The translations under genes and the position numbers were made by a program. From Eledone cirrhosa (Eukaryota), in contig OZ024764.1 in NCBI GenBank assembly GCA_964016885.1, positions 21,328,001 to 21,392,000 on the forward strand: DNA of 64,000 bases, written 5' to 3'. How positions within the stretch are numbered: position 1 is the first letter of the stretch; each line of letters starts with the position of its first letter. This document shows positions 11,701 to 24,534 of this stretch, piece after piece. The notes under the pieces are model-generated. The model saw only the letters and a program-made list of their open reading frames with translations. It had not been told where the DNA came from and made no database searches.

Positions 11701-13060
11701 ATATATATATATATATAAATGAAGAATATAGAAATTATTGTAGCAAAAAGCCAACAGTATTCCATTATATATATGTATATATGTATATATAGTATAAAAG
11801 AGAAAACACAGGTAAGCATTAAGAGAAGGATTTTATCCAGGTATTTACGACCGTTTCATTGGTAAGTGCAACCTTATATTTCTATCCTGCAAATAGCAGC
11901 CACTCAATTATAATTGTTGTTCACTGTCCAAATTTTCAACATAGTAAGTTACTCTTGAAATAATTCTTAATATATAGAGAAAAACATTTATTTGGAATTG
12001 TATTTACTAGTATAGAGAGAGAGGAATCAGAAGGTGAGGGGACAGACGGAATAGTATAGAGAGAGAGGAAGGGGGAGAGGTAGGAAGTAGAGTGACAAAC
12101 TGAGATGGAGGGAGGGGTAGAGGTGGCAGGATTCTTTGGTCAGTTTTGACAGCAGACTTCATGTCGTGGAATGTAGTGAGTTAAAGAGAATTAAATTGAT
12201 CATTTTTGGAGGGATGGATATATATATATATAGTTAAATATTAGACAGGAACAAAAAACAGGCAGTGCAAATGGTAGTTTATACCGAGAGAGAGACAGAC
12301 AAACACATCTATACCCCTACTACGGTAAAACAAAACATATGTAAGGGGAGACAACTCTCGTTACATCCCCCCTTCTTTTTGATATACGTCCTTTATATAC
12401 TATGTTCAATGGAATCTGCTTTATTTTGTGTCCTAAGTAGATTTCTGTTTAATTATTTACGAGATTCACAATGATTCACGTAACCAAGTTACTTACATAG
12501 AGATATATTTCACATAGAATCACAAAAAATGAAAATATTAAGTCAACACTCTGTCAATCAGTCTCACATCACATGGGGTGCTGGAGTCTCCCTCTAATAC
12601 TTTCTGAGACAGTCTTACCTCGAGTGATAGCAAGGCTAAGATGTTGGAACTACCAAACAGCCTCATATGTATCATCTGACACCTCGGTAAGGAGAGCTGC
12701 CAACGATAACAAGAACCTCGTTGTCAGGGACCTATCTCCTCCAAACTTCTCCAACACCACAGACTAGAATATTCTACTCTTTATTCCCTATCAAATATAT
12801 TTCAGTCTAGTCATTTGTCTTGTATCTTGTATATGTATTTTGAAAACTAACTGTCACATTTGTGAGACCCCAGTTAGTGATGTTTTTCTCTCCCTCCCAC
12901 ATCTTACATGCTGTAGTAAAAGTGAGGGTCACTGCTTCCGTAGACGAACGAAATAAAAGCTAAACTACCAGTAATTATCGGCAAAGTATTTATTCCAGTC
13001 TGTGATGTTTGAGAAGCTGGGCTGCTGACAACGAAGTTGTTGTCACTGTTGGCGGCTGAC

Positions 13061-13178
13061 TTTACCGAAGTACCCGATGACTCTTGTGAGGGTACTTAGC
13101 TGTTCTGGCGGTTTAGCCTCCACATGACCCGATCTTACCGAGATACCCGGTGATCTTTGTAAGAGTACTTAGCTGTTA
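13061..13178. repeat. About 73-bp promoter-upstream tandem repeat (about 2 copies)
   Basis: TACTTAGCTG at 13093 and 13166; 2 copies at about 33910-34025 and 4 copies at 47746-48002. Confidence 0.75.
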
Positions 13179-13290
13179 TATTTTAATTTTATCACCAACA
13201 CCTTACATTCTCTATTTTAATTACATTTACTGTTTTCAACTTCATTTTTTTATTACAAACTTTACATAATTTAATTCGGTAAAAATATTT

Positions 13291-13423
13291 TTACGTCACA
13301 ACAAAACATTGAAGCATGCGCAGTGGTGCAGTTGTCGACTTCCTGTCCACGTGTTAGTCTTCCTACAACATCATTTAGACAACATTTCTGTAAATACTAA
13401 ACACCTCAGACTATAATGTAAGT
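13291..13423 (+). promoter_or_regulatory. Putative promoter and non-coding exon 1 of ZNF-B
   Basis: TTACGTCA, NRF1-like GCATGCGCAG 13314-13323, ETS-like ACTTCCTG 13338-13345, E-box CACGTG 13348-13353, donor GTAAGT 13418-13423. Confidence 0.65.
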
Positions 13424-14399
13424 ATTATGTCTATTAATATTGTAGATTTAAGCTCACTTTTCACATCACAAATATATATTTTCTTGTTTGTTTTATTACT
13501 GGAAATATAAAATGTTATCGTAATTATCTATATTTTACCTACCTCTAATTAATTAAAGTGAAAACTTTTGTTGTTGCTGAAAAATAAATTAACAAAACTA
13601 AATATTTAAATATTCTAAAGGTCGTTTTTATATTATGTGATGATATAATTAATATATTTTATTACAATTGTATAAATTTGCAGTAGAATAACGTTGTAGA
13701 TATGTTTTAAATATATACATAAATAACATAAGTGTGTAAATAACATTATAAATTGCTGGCAATTCCTTGAGAAAGACATTACAAATATATTGTCTAAACT
13801 GTGTATAATAATATAATTTATTGAACAATAATGATAAAGGAAAGAAAAACACAGTGGGAGATGGCAATTGACCACCAAACGAGGTAAACATTTTCAACTT
13901 TCCCCCTTTTTTTGCTTTGTCCGAGACAACTCAAAATATTCTTCAAGGAACAGGATTTTCCATTCGGTTGGATCGAACGGATTTTACCATTTATAATCTA
14001 CGGAGAGGAATAACAGATGTTCGGAGGAAAAAAGAATTGTTTGTGGCAACAACGTAGGGAACCAACCTGGAGCAATTGTATCACACAATTATACTTTCCT
14101 CCTTAACATACACTTAGAATTTTTCAAAATCAAACCCCCAAATATAAAATATAAATAATTATAAATGGCGAGGAACCATCCCATCTCCCTCTTGAAATAA
14201 CCTGACTCTATTTATAGTCAGGTGTGACTGAAAGGTCAATCCATACTTCCATTCTATTTCACAGAATTAGAAGCTTTGACCACTTGATAGAATTCAGGTC
14301 CAGTAATGTAATCACTCCGTAATTGTAAACATCTTGTATCACTATCATTCAGGTTTTGATTTTACTTAAGTCTTACCCATGTTTTTTTTTTTTTTTTCT

Positions 14400-17300
14400 T
14401 TTTTACACAAACTCACAATTTCGGTTTTTACTGCGGATTTACCCATGCGAACTATTACACAAACTCACAGCCTTAGATTTTGTATTTCTAGCGTTTTTAT
14501 TTCCCTTCTCTTTGCATGTTCAGTGCTCTTTCTCTCCCACTGTATTTACCTGCCTCTCACATGACCACACTCCTCTCCACGCACTCATCATCTTCTCACT
14601 CCTTCTACACCTTCCATCCCTCCCCTTGCTCAACCCTTACTTCCTCCTCGCGCACAGCCCACCTAGGTATTCGTTCAACCCGCCGGTGGCCCGATGTTTC
14701 GACCGAACTATCACCGGCGATTGCCGATTGCTAAAGTTGCCACCACTTTAACCTAGTCCACTCTAGGTGGCGGTGGCATGCGTCGAACGACCAAGAGACC
14801 TGCTTGGTGGAACAACTAATGTGACAACCGGTCAGCCTTCGACCTCTCATTCTCCACCAACTGCAGCATGCACGAGAGGAGCTAACTTGACCCCACCTAC
14901 CCTCCTCTCCTTCACGTCAGATTCCGAACGAATCCAACCCGGCCAACCACACCACCCCTACAACTGTTAGCTCACCACCCAACCTCCGCTTTAGTCCCAC
15001 CGTTAGAACCACTGCTGTCTCCTTTACTGACTCACTCCCTTCACCGATTCCAACGCTGGCCCTCTACTGCCGGCTGTTGCCAGCCCGCCACCTGATTGCG
15101 CCCGCTGTGCTCGCACTAACCAGTACTTAAAGACAATTAAGTCACCTATGCCACGCAAGCTACCACAGAAGCTGTGTCGGCATCACCAAAGCTCAAGCCG
15201 AAAGGCTTCAACACTGGACCTGTCATCGGTGTCACTTCAGCTCTGACTATTCCGTGGGGATGACCAACACTCTACCGACGACTTTCCACAGCCCCCCCAG
15301 GGCTTCTCCAAATCAAAGCTCGTTAACCGGACCCTTAAGGGAGCTCGGAACAGCTTTGCAGGTGCCCTCTCTAATTTACTGAAAAACGTTTGCTCGTCCA
15401 ACAATAGTCTGGCAGAAATTGTTTTTGTTTCCCCTCATCTCTCTTCATGTGCACAATGCGAACTCGGGTTCCCTCAAGTCCTCTCTCAAGCGGCAGTTCC
15501 AGTTGTTTGAGTCCACCCCAACCACGTCTCATCTCAGTTCGTCTCCGAGCTCGGTGTCCACCAACAGACAACCGGTAGACCTCAAGCGAGCCGTCAATGC
15601 CAAATTCAGCGAATTTGACATTAAAGGGGCTGTCCTCCCTTGCTCCATGCAACTCTGACTCTCGTGAGCGTCTGAAGGAGAAGCACCCCCAGATGATCAG
15701 CAACACTGGCCCGAACCACCAGAATACTTGAGACCGGTTTACACCACCAATTTCATCAGAAAGGCGATTTCATCCTTCCCCGCTGGGTCAGGCGCGGGAA
15801 TTGACGTCCTTCATCCTCAACACCTCAAGGATGGTATCTCCTTATCGGCCGGTGATGCCGGACTCGAGCTCTTGGAGAGTCTGACTCAGTTTGTGAATCA
15901 GTGAACGTTCTCCCGTTCATCCGCCCACTGTTCTTCGGTGCGAAGCTATTTGGTCTCACCAAGCCCAACGGGGACCTGCGCCGCATTGCGGCTGGCTGCA
16001 CACCTCGCCGCCTCACTGCAAAGGCGTGATTGCTGTTGGTCTCCAACCCACTGGCGGAGGAATTTTCCCCCTTCCAGCTGTGGGTGGATACCAGGTTGGG
16101 ATGTGTGACTGCTGTCCACGCTGCCAGAACATTTGCCAACTTGCCCTCCTCATCCCCCAAGGTCATCCTCAAACTTGACCTCAGGAATGCCTTCAACTCC
16201 GTCAGCCGTAACATCGTCCTCGGCTCAGCAAGAGAGAGGGTCCCACAACTCTACCACTTTGCTTGGCAGGCTTATCGGGAGCCCCCCTACTTCTCTTTCA
16301 GTGACCAGATCATCACCTCTGCCTCAGGAGTCCAACAGGGTGACCCACTCGGGACCCCCCCCCCCTCACTGGACATTGATGACGTCAACAAGATGAGGGC
16401 TGAGTTGGACCTCAATGTCTGGTAGCTCGACGACGCCTGTTTGGGGGGAACTCTGGATATGGTTCTCGCCACTGCCAACAGGATGGTGGAGGAGCTTGGC
16501 GCCGGGGTCTCCAGATCAATAGCTCCAAATGTGAGCTCTGGATCCTCAACCACCCGGCTTCTTAACACCAACAGCTGATCGACCTGTTCGCAGAGTCCTT
16601 CCCTTCCATCACGGTCCCTCCCCCGTCAGCTTGGTGCTCCTTAGGAGCCCCAATCATAGACCTGGCCTTCGAGTCAACCATCCAATCGAAGATGGTTGGC
16701 CTTGAGCAGCTGCTGAGGAATATTGAAGATATCGAACCCCATCAAGGTTTCTTCTTACTCAGGAACTACCTGTCTATTCCTAAGCTTCTGTATCTACTCA
16801 GGGTCAGCCCCTCTCACAGATTTCCATCCTGCCTCCAACGCTTCGACGACCTAATCTTCGAGAGACTCGAGTGTCTGGTCAATGTTAGTAAGTGTTCGTC
16901 CCTCTCTCTCCCCTGCTTCCTTTCCTCCACCCAAGCTTGCAGCATCCTTTCCTCTCCAACATGGACTAGTTCCAACAGGGAGTTGTGTGAAGCTCTCCAG
17001 CAATGGAGTGAGTTGGGCTTGTCTCTTCCTGAGAAGGTGGAGGACAGTCGAAGTCAGAGAACTTGGGACAGGATACGTTGGAATGCCACCTTCGACTCCC
17101 TCTTCGTCCTCTCAGATCAGTCTGCAAGGTGCCGCTTACCATCTGCCAGTGCCAAATACTCCGGTGACTGGGTCGATGCCTTACCCGTGGCCAACGTTGG
17201 AGGCCTACTCAGCCTGGATGAACTTCGTGTCTCCATCACCCTCAGAGTGGGAGCTGACGTCTGCATGGGTTTGAGATGTGGCTAACTCCTCGACTCCACA

Positions 17301-17843
17301 GGCCTCCACGGTCTTTCTTGCCGCCTGAATGCCGGCCACTTCGCCCGTCACACGGAGCTAAACTTTATTCTGAAGAGAGCTTTGGCCCGGGCAAACATCC
17401 CCTCAGTCTTGGAACCATCTGGGTTGTCCAGAAGTGACGGCAAAAGACCTGACGGCCTTACCCTGTGCCCCTGGTCGAGAGGCAGGTGCCTAATCTGGGA
17501 CGTCACTGTTAGTGACTCCTTTGCTCTTTCCCACATCCTTGATGCTGCGGTAAGGACGAGAGCCACAGCTTCGGCAGCCGAGCGGAGTAAGACCCTCAAA
17601 TACTCTGATCTGTCGGCCAGCTACATTTTTCAGCCTGTGGCTTTCGAGACGTTTGGGGGAGTCGGGCCGCTGACTGCGAGGTTCCTTTCTTGTGTGCTGG
17701 CTTGCCTCAAAACTCATTAGAGAGGTTTCCCAGTACCCCTCGTTGCTGTCTTTTGCTCTGGTGTTGGCTCCGTTGTCCACCCCTTCCTTTACATTTTCTT
17801 TAATATTGCAACATTGAAGGAATTTATCTTTCATTGTATCATC
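14400..17843 (+). mobile_element. Degenerate CRE-like non-LTR retrotransposon (RT + restriction-like endonuclease)
   Basis: KLDLRNAFNSVSR, GVQQGDPLG, W*LDD; HGLSC..RH; KRPDGLT..WDVT..AERSKTLKY..FQPVAFETFG; many frameshifts; boundaries approximate. Confidence 0.85.
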
Positions 17844-17879
17844 CTTTATCTACAAATCTAGTCGTTTCCTGCTACTTTG

Positions 17880-18510
17880 TTCCCTCGGGTATGCCTTAGT
17901 ATTTGACACCATCTATCTGTCTTACTCCCTAACTAGCAAGAAGTCAATCTGTCTAATGTGTTCACCTGATTGGTAGGTTATTAGGTGGTTGGTAGGTTTC
18001 TTGAAGTGTTGCAAATGGTTAGTTCACTTGTATCACAAAATACAAGAAGCCTCACTCCTTCATCGTTTCTTGAGCCATAACCATGACCACCATGTACCCC
18101 AGTATGTCCATCCTGGAACTGTCCAACATGACCATTGAAGTCCCCTGCTATTATAACTAGGTCTCTGTCATTGTGGTTATCTCTACTTATTCCTTTTCTA
18201 CATATGGAGCCGGGCCACTTTCCTGAAGGTGTCAGGGTCTTCTCTCCTATCCATTAGCACTTTAGTTTTGGCTAAGTATATTCTCAGAACTTACCATTTC
18301 AAATTCTATATCTATAGCTGGTCATCTACATAGAGAAGTTTCCATAGACAGCCAGTCTTAAACCTCTCTGTTATGGCTTGGAGAACTATGATGAACAACA
18401 GTGGGCTAAGAACTAAACCATGATGAACTCCTACCTGTACCTTCAATTCCTCACTAAACACACTTTACTGACAGCTTCTCACAAGCCATTCTTCTACACC
18501 TAATTTCTAT
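17880..18510 (-). mobile_element. RTE fragments (equivalent to about 1057-1670)
   Basis: Direct sequence match to unit A and D intron RTE remnants. Confidence 0.8.
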
Positions 18511-18718
18511 AACCCTTTAGTATATAAACTGGCCATATCTGGCCAGAATTCTCCCACATCTTTCTGTTCAAACTGGCCGTAATTGGTCACTTATACTTAT
18601 GTTAAGGTATTGTTCTCAAAATAAATAACATGAAAATCTCAGATTTGACATTATGAGAGATAAAGCATTTACTGTGAAAATATAATAGTAAATATAGAGT
18701 AATGTGAATACTAAAGGG

Positions 18719-21700
18719 TTAATCTAATGTCACTAATAACTACTTTTATCAGTCAGTTTAATCTAATGTCACTAATAACTACTTTTATCAGTCAGTATAA
18801 TCTAACGTCACTAATAACTACTTTTATCAGTCAGTATAATCTAACGTCACTAATAACTACTTTTATCAGTCAGTTTAATCTAATGTCACTAATAACTACT
18901 TTTGTCTGTCAGTATAATCTAATGTCACTAATAACTACTTTTATCTGTCAGTTTAATCTAATGTCACTAATAACTACTTTTATCAGTCAGTTTAATCTAA
19001 TGTCACTAATAACTACTTTTATCAGTCAGTTTAATCTAATCTCACTAATAACTACTTTTATCAGTCAGTTTAATCTAATGTCACTAATAACTACTTTTAT
19101 CAGTCAGTATAATCTAATGCCACTAATAGCTACTTTTGTCTGTCAGTATAATCTAATGTCACTAATAACTACTTTTATCTGTCAGTTTAATCTAATGTCA
19201 CTAATAACTACTTTTATCAGTCAGTTTAATCTAATGTCACTAATAACTACTTTTATCAGTCAGTATAATCTAATGCCACTAATAGCTACTTTTGTCTGTC
19301 AGTATAATCTAATGTCACTAATAACTACTTTTATCTGTCAGTTTAATCTAATGTCACTAATAACTACTTTTATCAGTCAGTTTAATCTAATGTCACTAAT
19401 AACTACTTTTATCAGTCAGTATAATCTAATGCCACTAATAGCTACTTTTGTCTGTCAGTATAATCTAATGTCACTAATAACTACTTTTATCTGTCAGTTT
19501 AATCTAATGTCACTAATAACTACTTTTATCAGTCAGTATAATCTAATGTAATAACTACTTTTATCAGTCAGTATAATCTAATGTCACTAATAACTACTTT
19601 TATCAGTCAGTTTAATCTAATGTCACTAATAACTACTTTTATCAGTCAGTTTAATCTAATGTAATAACTACTTTTATCAGTCAGTTTAATCTAATGTAAT
19701 AACTACTTTTATCAGTCAGTATAATCTAATATCACTAATAACTACTTTTATCAGTCAGTATAATCTAAAGTCACTAATAACTACTTTTATCAGTCAGTTT
19801 AATCTAATGTCACTAATAACTACTTTTATCAGTCAGTATAATCTAATGTCACTAATAACTACTTTTATCAGTCAGTATAATCTACTGTCACTAATAACTA
19901 CTTTTATCAGTCAGTATAATCTAATGTCACTAATAACTACTTTTATCAGTCAGTATAATCTACTGTCACTAATAACTACTTTTATCAGTCAGTATAATCT
20001 AATGTCACTAATAACTACTTTTATCAGTCAGTATAATCTAATGTCACTAATAACTACTTTTATCTGTCAGTTTAATCTAATGTCACTAATAACTACTTTT
20101 ATCAGTCAGTATAATCTAATGTCACTAATAACTACTTTTATCTGTCAGTTTAATCTAATGTCACTAATAACTACTTTTATCTGTCAGTTTAATCTAATGT
20201 CACTAATAACTACTTTTATCTGTCAGTTTAATCTAATGTCACTAATAACTACTTTTATCTGTCAGTTTAATCTAATGTCACTAATAACTACTTTTATCAG
20301 TCAGTATAATCTAATGTCACTAATAACTACTTTTATCTGTCAGTTTAATCTAATGTCACTAATAACTACTTTTATCTGTCAGTTTAATCTAATGTCACTA
20401 ATAACTACTTTTATCTGTCAGTTTAATCTAATGTCACTAATAACTACTTTTATCAGTCAGTATAATCTAATGTCACTAATAACTACTTTTATCTGTCAGT
20501 ATAATCTAATGTCACTAATAACTACTTTTATCTGTCAGTATAATCTAATGTCACTAATAACTACTTTTATCTGTCAGTTTAATCTAATGTCACTAATAAC
20601 TACTTTTATCAGTCAGTATAATCTAATGTCACTAATAACTACTTTTATCTGTCAGTATAATCTAATGTCACTAATAACTACTTTTATCTGTCAGTTTAAT
20701 CTAATGTCACTAATAACTACTTTTATCAGTCAGTTTAATCTAATGTCACTAATAACTACTTTTATCTGTCAGTTTAATCTAATGTCACTAATAACTACTT
20801 TTATCAGTCAGTTTAATCTAATGTCACTAATAACTACTTTTATCTGTCAGTTTAATCTAATGTCACTAATAACTACTTTTATCAGTCAGTTTAATCTAAT
20901 GTCACTAATAACTACTTTTATCAGTCAGTATAATCTAACGTCACTAATAACTACTTTTATCAGTCAGTTTAATCTAATGTCACTAATAACTACTTTTATC
21001 AGTCAGTATAATCTAATGTCACTAATAACTACTTTTATCAGTCAGTATAATCTAACGTCACTAATAACTACTTTTATCAGTCAGTTTAATCTAATGTCAC
21101 TAATAACTACTTTTATCAGTCAGTATAATCTAATGTCACTAATAACTACTTTTATCAGTCAGTTTAATCTAATGTAATAACTACTTTTATCAGTCAGTAT
21201 AATCTAATGTCACTAATAACTACTTTTATCAGTCAGTATAATCTCACGTCACTAATAACTACTTTTATCAGTCAGTTTAATCTAATGTAATAACTACTTT
21301 TATCAGTCAGTATAATCTAATGTCACTAATAACTACTTTTATCAGTCAGTTTAATCTAATGTCACTAATAACTACTTTTATCAGTCAGTTTAATCTAATG
21401 TAATAACTACTTTTATCAGTCAGTTTAATCTAATGTAATAACTACTTTTATCAGTCAGTTTAATCTAATGTAATAACTACTTTTATCAGTCAGTATAATC
21501 TAATGTCACTAATAACTACTTTTATCAGTCAGTTTAATCTAATGTCACTAATAACTACTTTTATCAGTCAGTTTAATCTAATGTTATAACTACTTTTATC
21601 AGTCAGTTTAATCTAATGTAATAACTACTTTTATCAGTCAGTATAATCTAATGTCACTAATAACTACTTTTATCAGTCAGTATAATCTAACGTCACTCAC

Positions 21701-23573
21701 TAATAACTACTTTTATCAGTCAGTTTAATCTAATGTAATAACTACTTTTATCAGTCAGTTTAATCTAATGTCACTAATAACTACTTTTATCAGTCAGTTT
21801 AATCTAATGTAATAACTACTTTTATCAGTCAGTATAATCTAATGTCACTAATAACTACTTTTATCAGTCAGTATAATCTAATGTCACTAATAACTACTTT
21901 TATCAGTCAGTATAATCTAATGTCACTAATAACTACTTTTATCCGTCAGTTTAATCTAATGTCACTAATAACTACTTTTATCAGTCAGTATAATCTAATG
22001 TCACTAATAACTACTTTTATCTGTCAGTATAATCTAATGTCACTAATAACTACTTTTATCAGTCAGTATAATCTAATGTCACTAATAACTACTTTTATCA
22101 GTCAGTTTAATCTAATGTCACTAATAACTACTTTTATCAGTCAGTATAATCTAATGTCACTAATAACTACTTTTATCTGTCAGTTTAATCTAATGTCACT
22201 AATAACTACTTTTATCAGTCAGTTTAATCTAATGTCACTAATAACTACTTTTATCAGTCAGTATAATCTAATGTCACTAATAACTACTTTTATCAGTCAG
22301 TATAATCTACTGTCACTAATAACTACTTTTATCTGTCAGTTTAATCTAAAGTCACTAATAACTACTTTTATCAGTCAGTATAATCTACTGTCACTAATAA
22401 CTACTTTTATCTGTCAGTTTAATCTAATGTCACTAATAACTACTTTTATCAGTCAGTTTAATCTAATGTCACTAATAACTACTTTTATCAGTCAGTATAA
22501 TCTAATGTCACTAATAACTACTTTTATCAGTCAGTTTAATCTAATCTCACTAATAACTACTTTTATCAGTCAGTATAATCTAATGTCACTAATAACTACT
22601 TTTATCAGTCAGTTTAATCTAATGTCACTAATAACTACTTTTATCAGTCAGTTTAATCTAATCTCACTAATAACTACTTTTATCAGTCAGTATAATCTAA
22701 AGTCACTAATAACTACTTTTATCAGTCAGTATAATCTACTGTCACTAATAACTACTTTTATCTGTCAGTTTAATCTAATCTCACTAATAACTACTTTTAT
22801 CAGTCAGTATAATCTAATGTCACTAATAACTACTTTTATCTGTCAGTTTAATCTAATGTCACTAATAACTACTTTTATCAGTCAGTTTAATCTAATGTCA
22901 CTAATAACTACTTTTATCTGTCAGTTTAATCTAAAGTCACTAATAACTACTTTTATCAGTCAGTATAATCTAATGTCACTAATAACTACTTTTATCAGTC
23001 AGTTTAATCTAATGTCACTAATAACTACTTTTATCAGTCAGTTTAATCTAATGTCACTAATAACTACTTTTATCAGTCAGTTTAATCTAATGTCACTAAT
23101 AACTACTTTTATCAGTCAGTTTAATCTAATGTCACTAATAACTACTTTTATCAGTCAGTTTAATCTAATGTCACTAATAACTACTTTTATCAGTCAGTTT
23201 AATCTAATGTCACTAATAACTACTTTTATCTGTTAGTTTAATCTAATGTCACTAATAACTACTTTTATCAGTCAGTTTAATCTAATGTCACTAATAACTA
23301 CTTTTATCAGTCAGTATAATCTACTGTCACTAATAACTACTTTTATCAGTCAGTATAATCTAATGTCACTAATAACTACTTTTATCAGTCAGTATAATCT
23401 AATGTCACTAATAACTACTTTTATCAGTCAGTTTAATCTAATGTCACTAATAACTACTTTTATCTGTCAGTTCAATCTAATCTCACTAATAACTACTTTT
23501 ATCAGTCAGTTTAATCTAATGTCACTAATAACTACTTTTATCAGTCAGTTTAATCTACTACCACTAATAACTA
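18719..23573. repeat. 39-bp VNTR, unit B (about 4.85 kb, about 125 copies)
   Basis: Continuous 39-bp period with variant sites and occasional 35-bp units lacking CACT. Confidence 0.97.
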
Positions 23574-24534
23574 ACCTATGTTAGGCAGCACATTCTTCAC
23601 CAAGGAAGGCCTTAGTATTTATTACAGTCCATTTATCAATATAGAAATATTATATGAAATTTGTACTGATGTATTACAAGTTTCTGAGTATCTTATAATG
23701 TTCTTTTATTATTTCAGAATACCAGAGGACATTGGCATTAAAGAGCACGTTACATCAGACATATCCTCAACATTAACCATCTCTAATGAAAGACACTACC
23801 CATCATTTTCAAATAATTTTGAAAACACTCAACACTTTGAAGTGATTTAGTAATATAACTAAATTTCTCAGTATTAAGCTGCTATTTGGAACATAATTTT
23901 GCACAATTTCATGAAGTTACAATGGAAAGTTTTTAGATAAATATAAAGACTGGTATGAAAAGGATAAAACACTTTTATATCAGTTGTTTCATCAACACTA
24001 TTATTTAAAGATTAAAGGAAGCTGTTATACAGTACAGATACAACCTTGTTTATATAAATCTATGGGAGAAATACTGGGAAATATTTCTTGTAAACTCAAT
24101 AACCCTTCTATTCTTTGCTGTCTGGAATATGTAGAAGATACAAAATAAAGCAGAAGAAATTTACACATGATTTTGTAATATCTTCATATATTGACAAAGA
24201 TGATAGTAGATGGAACTACAGGAGTAGAAATATTTCCATTATTACAGGAATAACTAATCAAATAGAAACCAGAAAAATTAGATTCTTCACTGTCTAGAAT
24301 ATGTACAAGATGATTTTATATGTATATTAAACTTGAAGACATCTACAAAACAGTTTGTATCATCTTTAAATATAAAGAAAGACCAAGTTGATGGAAATAT
24401 ATCTGGAGGAATATGTTTCAGGAATAATATTATAAACATAAAGAAGAAAAATATCCATATATTGACAGAAGAAAAATATTAAAACTGTGAATTATGTGAG
24501 AAACTGAGGTCATTGATATCTTTTAGTAGGAGTT

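Noticed and set aside
11790-12240. Possible Penelope-like remnant and purine-rich tract
   Set aside because: Only a short suggestive motif, no coding evidence; cannot be classified from sequence alone.
12573-12767. MGC(W/R)SLPL 64-aa ORF in three units
   Set aside because: No recognisable domain, lies in repeat-like DNA, truncated in the fifth unit; identity reflects duplication.
12552-12857. Possible solo LTR (TG...CA)
   Set aside because: No target-site duplication, primer-binding site or polypurine tract found.
18719-23573. CRISPR-like array
   Set aside because: Contiguous tandem units without unique spacers; eukaryotic context; no cas genes.
18727-23584. Long MSLITTFISQFNL-repeat ORFs (also 36357-37162 and 54238-54849)
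   Set aside because: A 39-bp unit is divisible by 3 and happens to lack stops in one frame; 35-bp units break the frame freely; copy number ranges 2.6-125; the sequence looks like antisense RTE-derived DNA.
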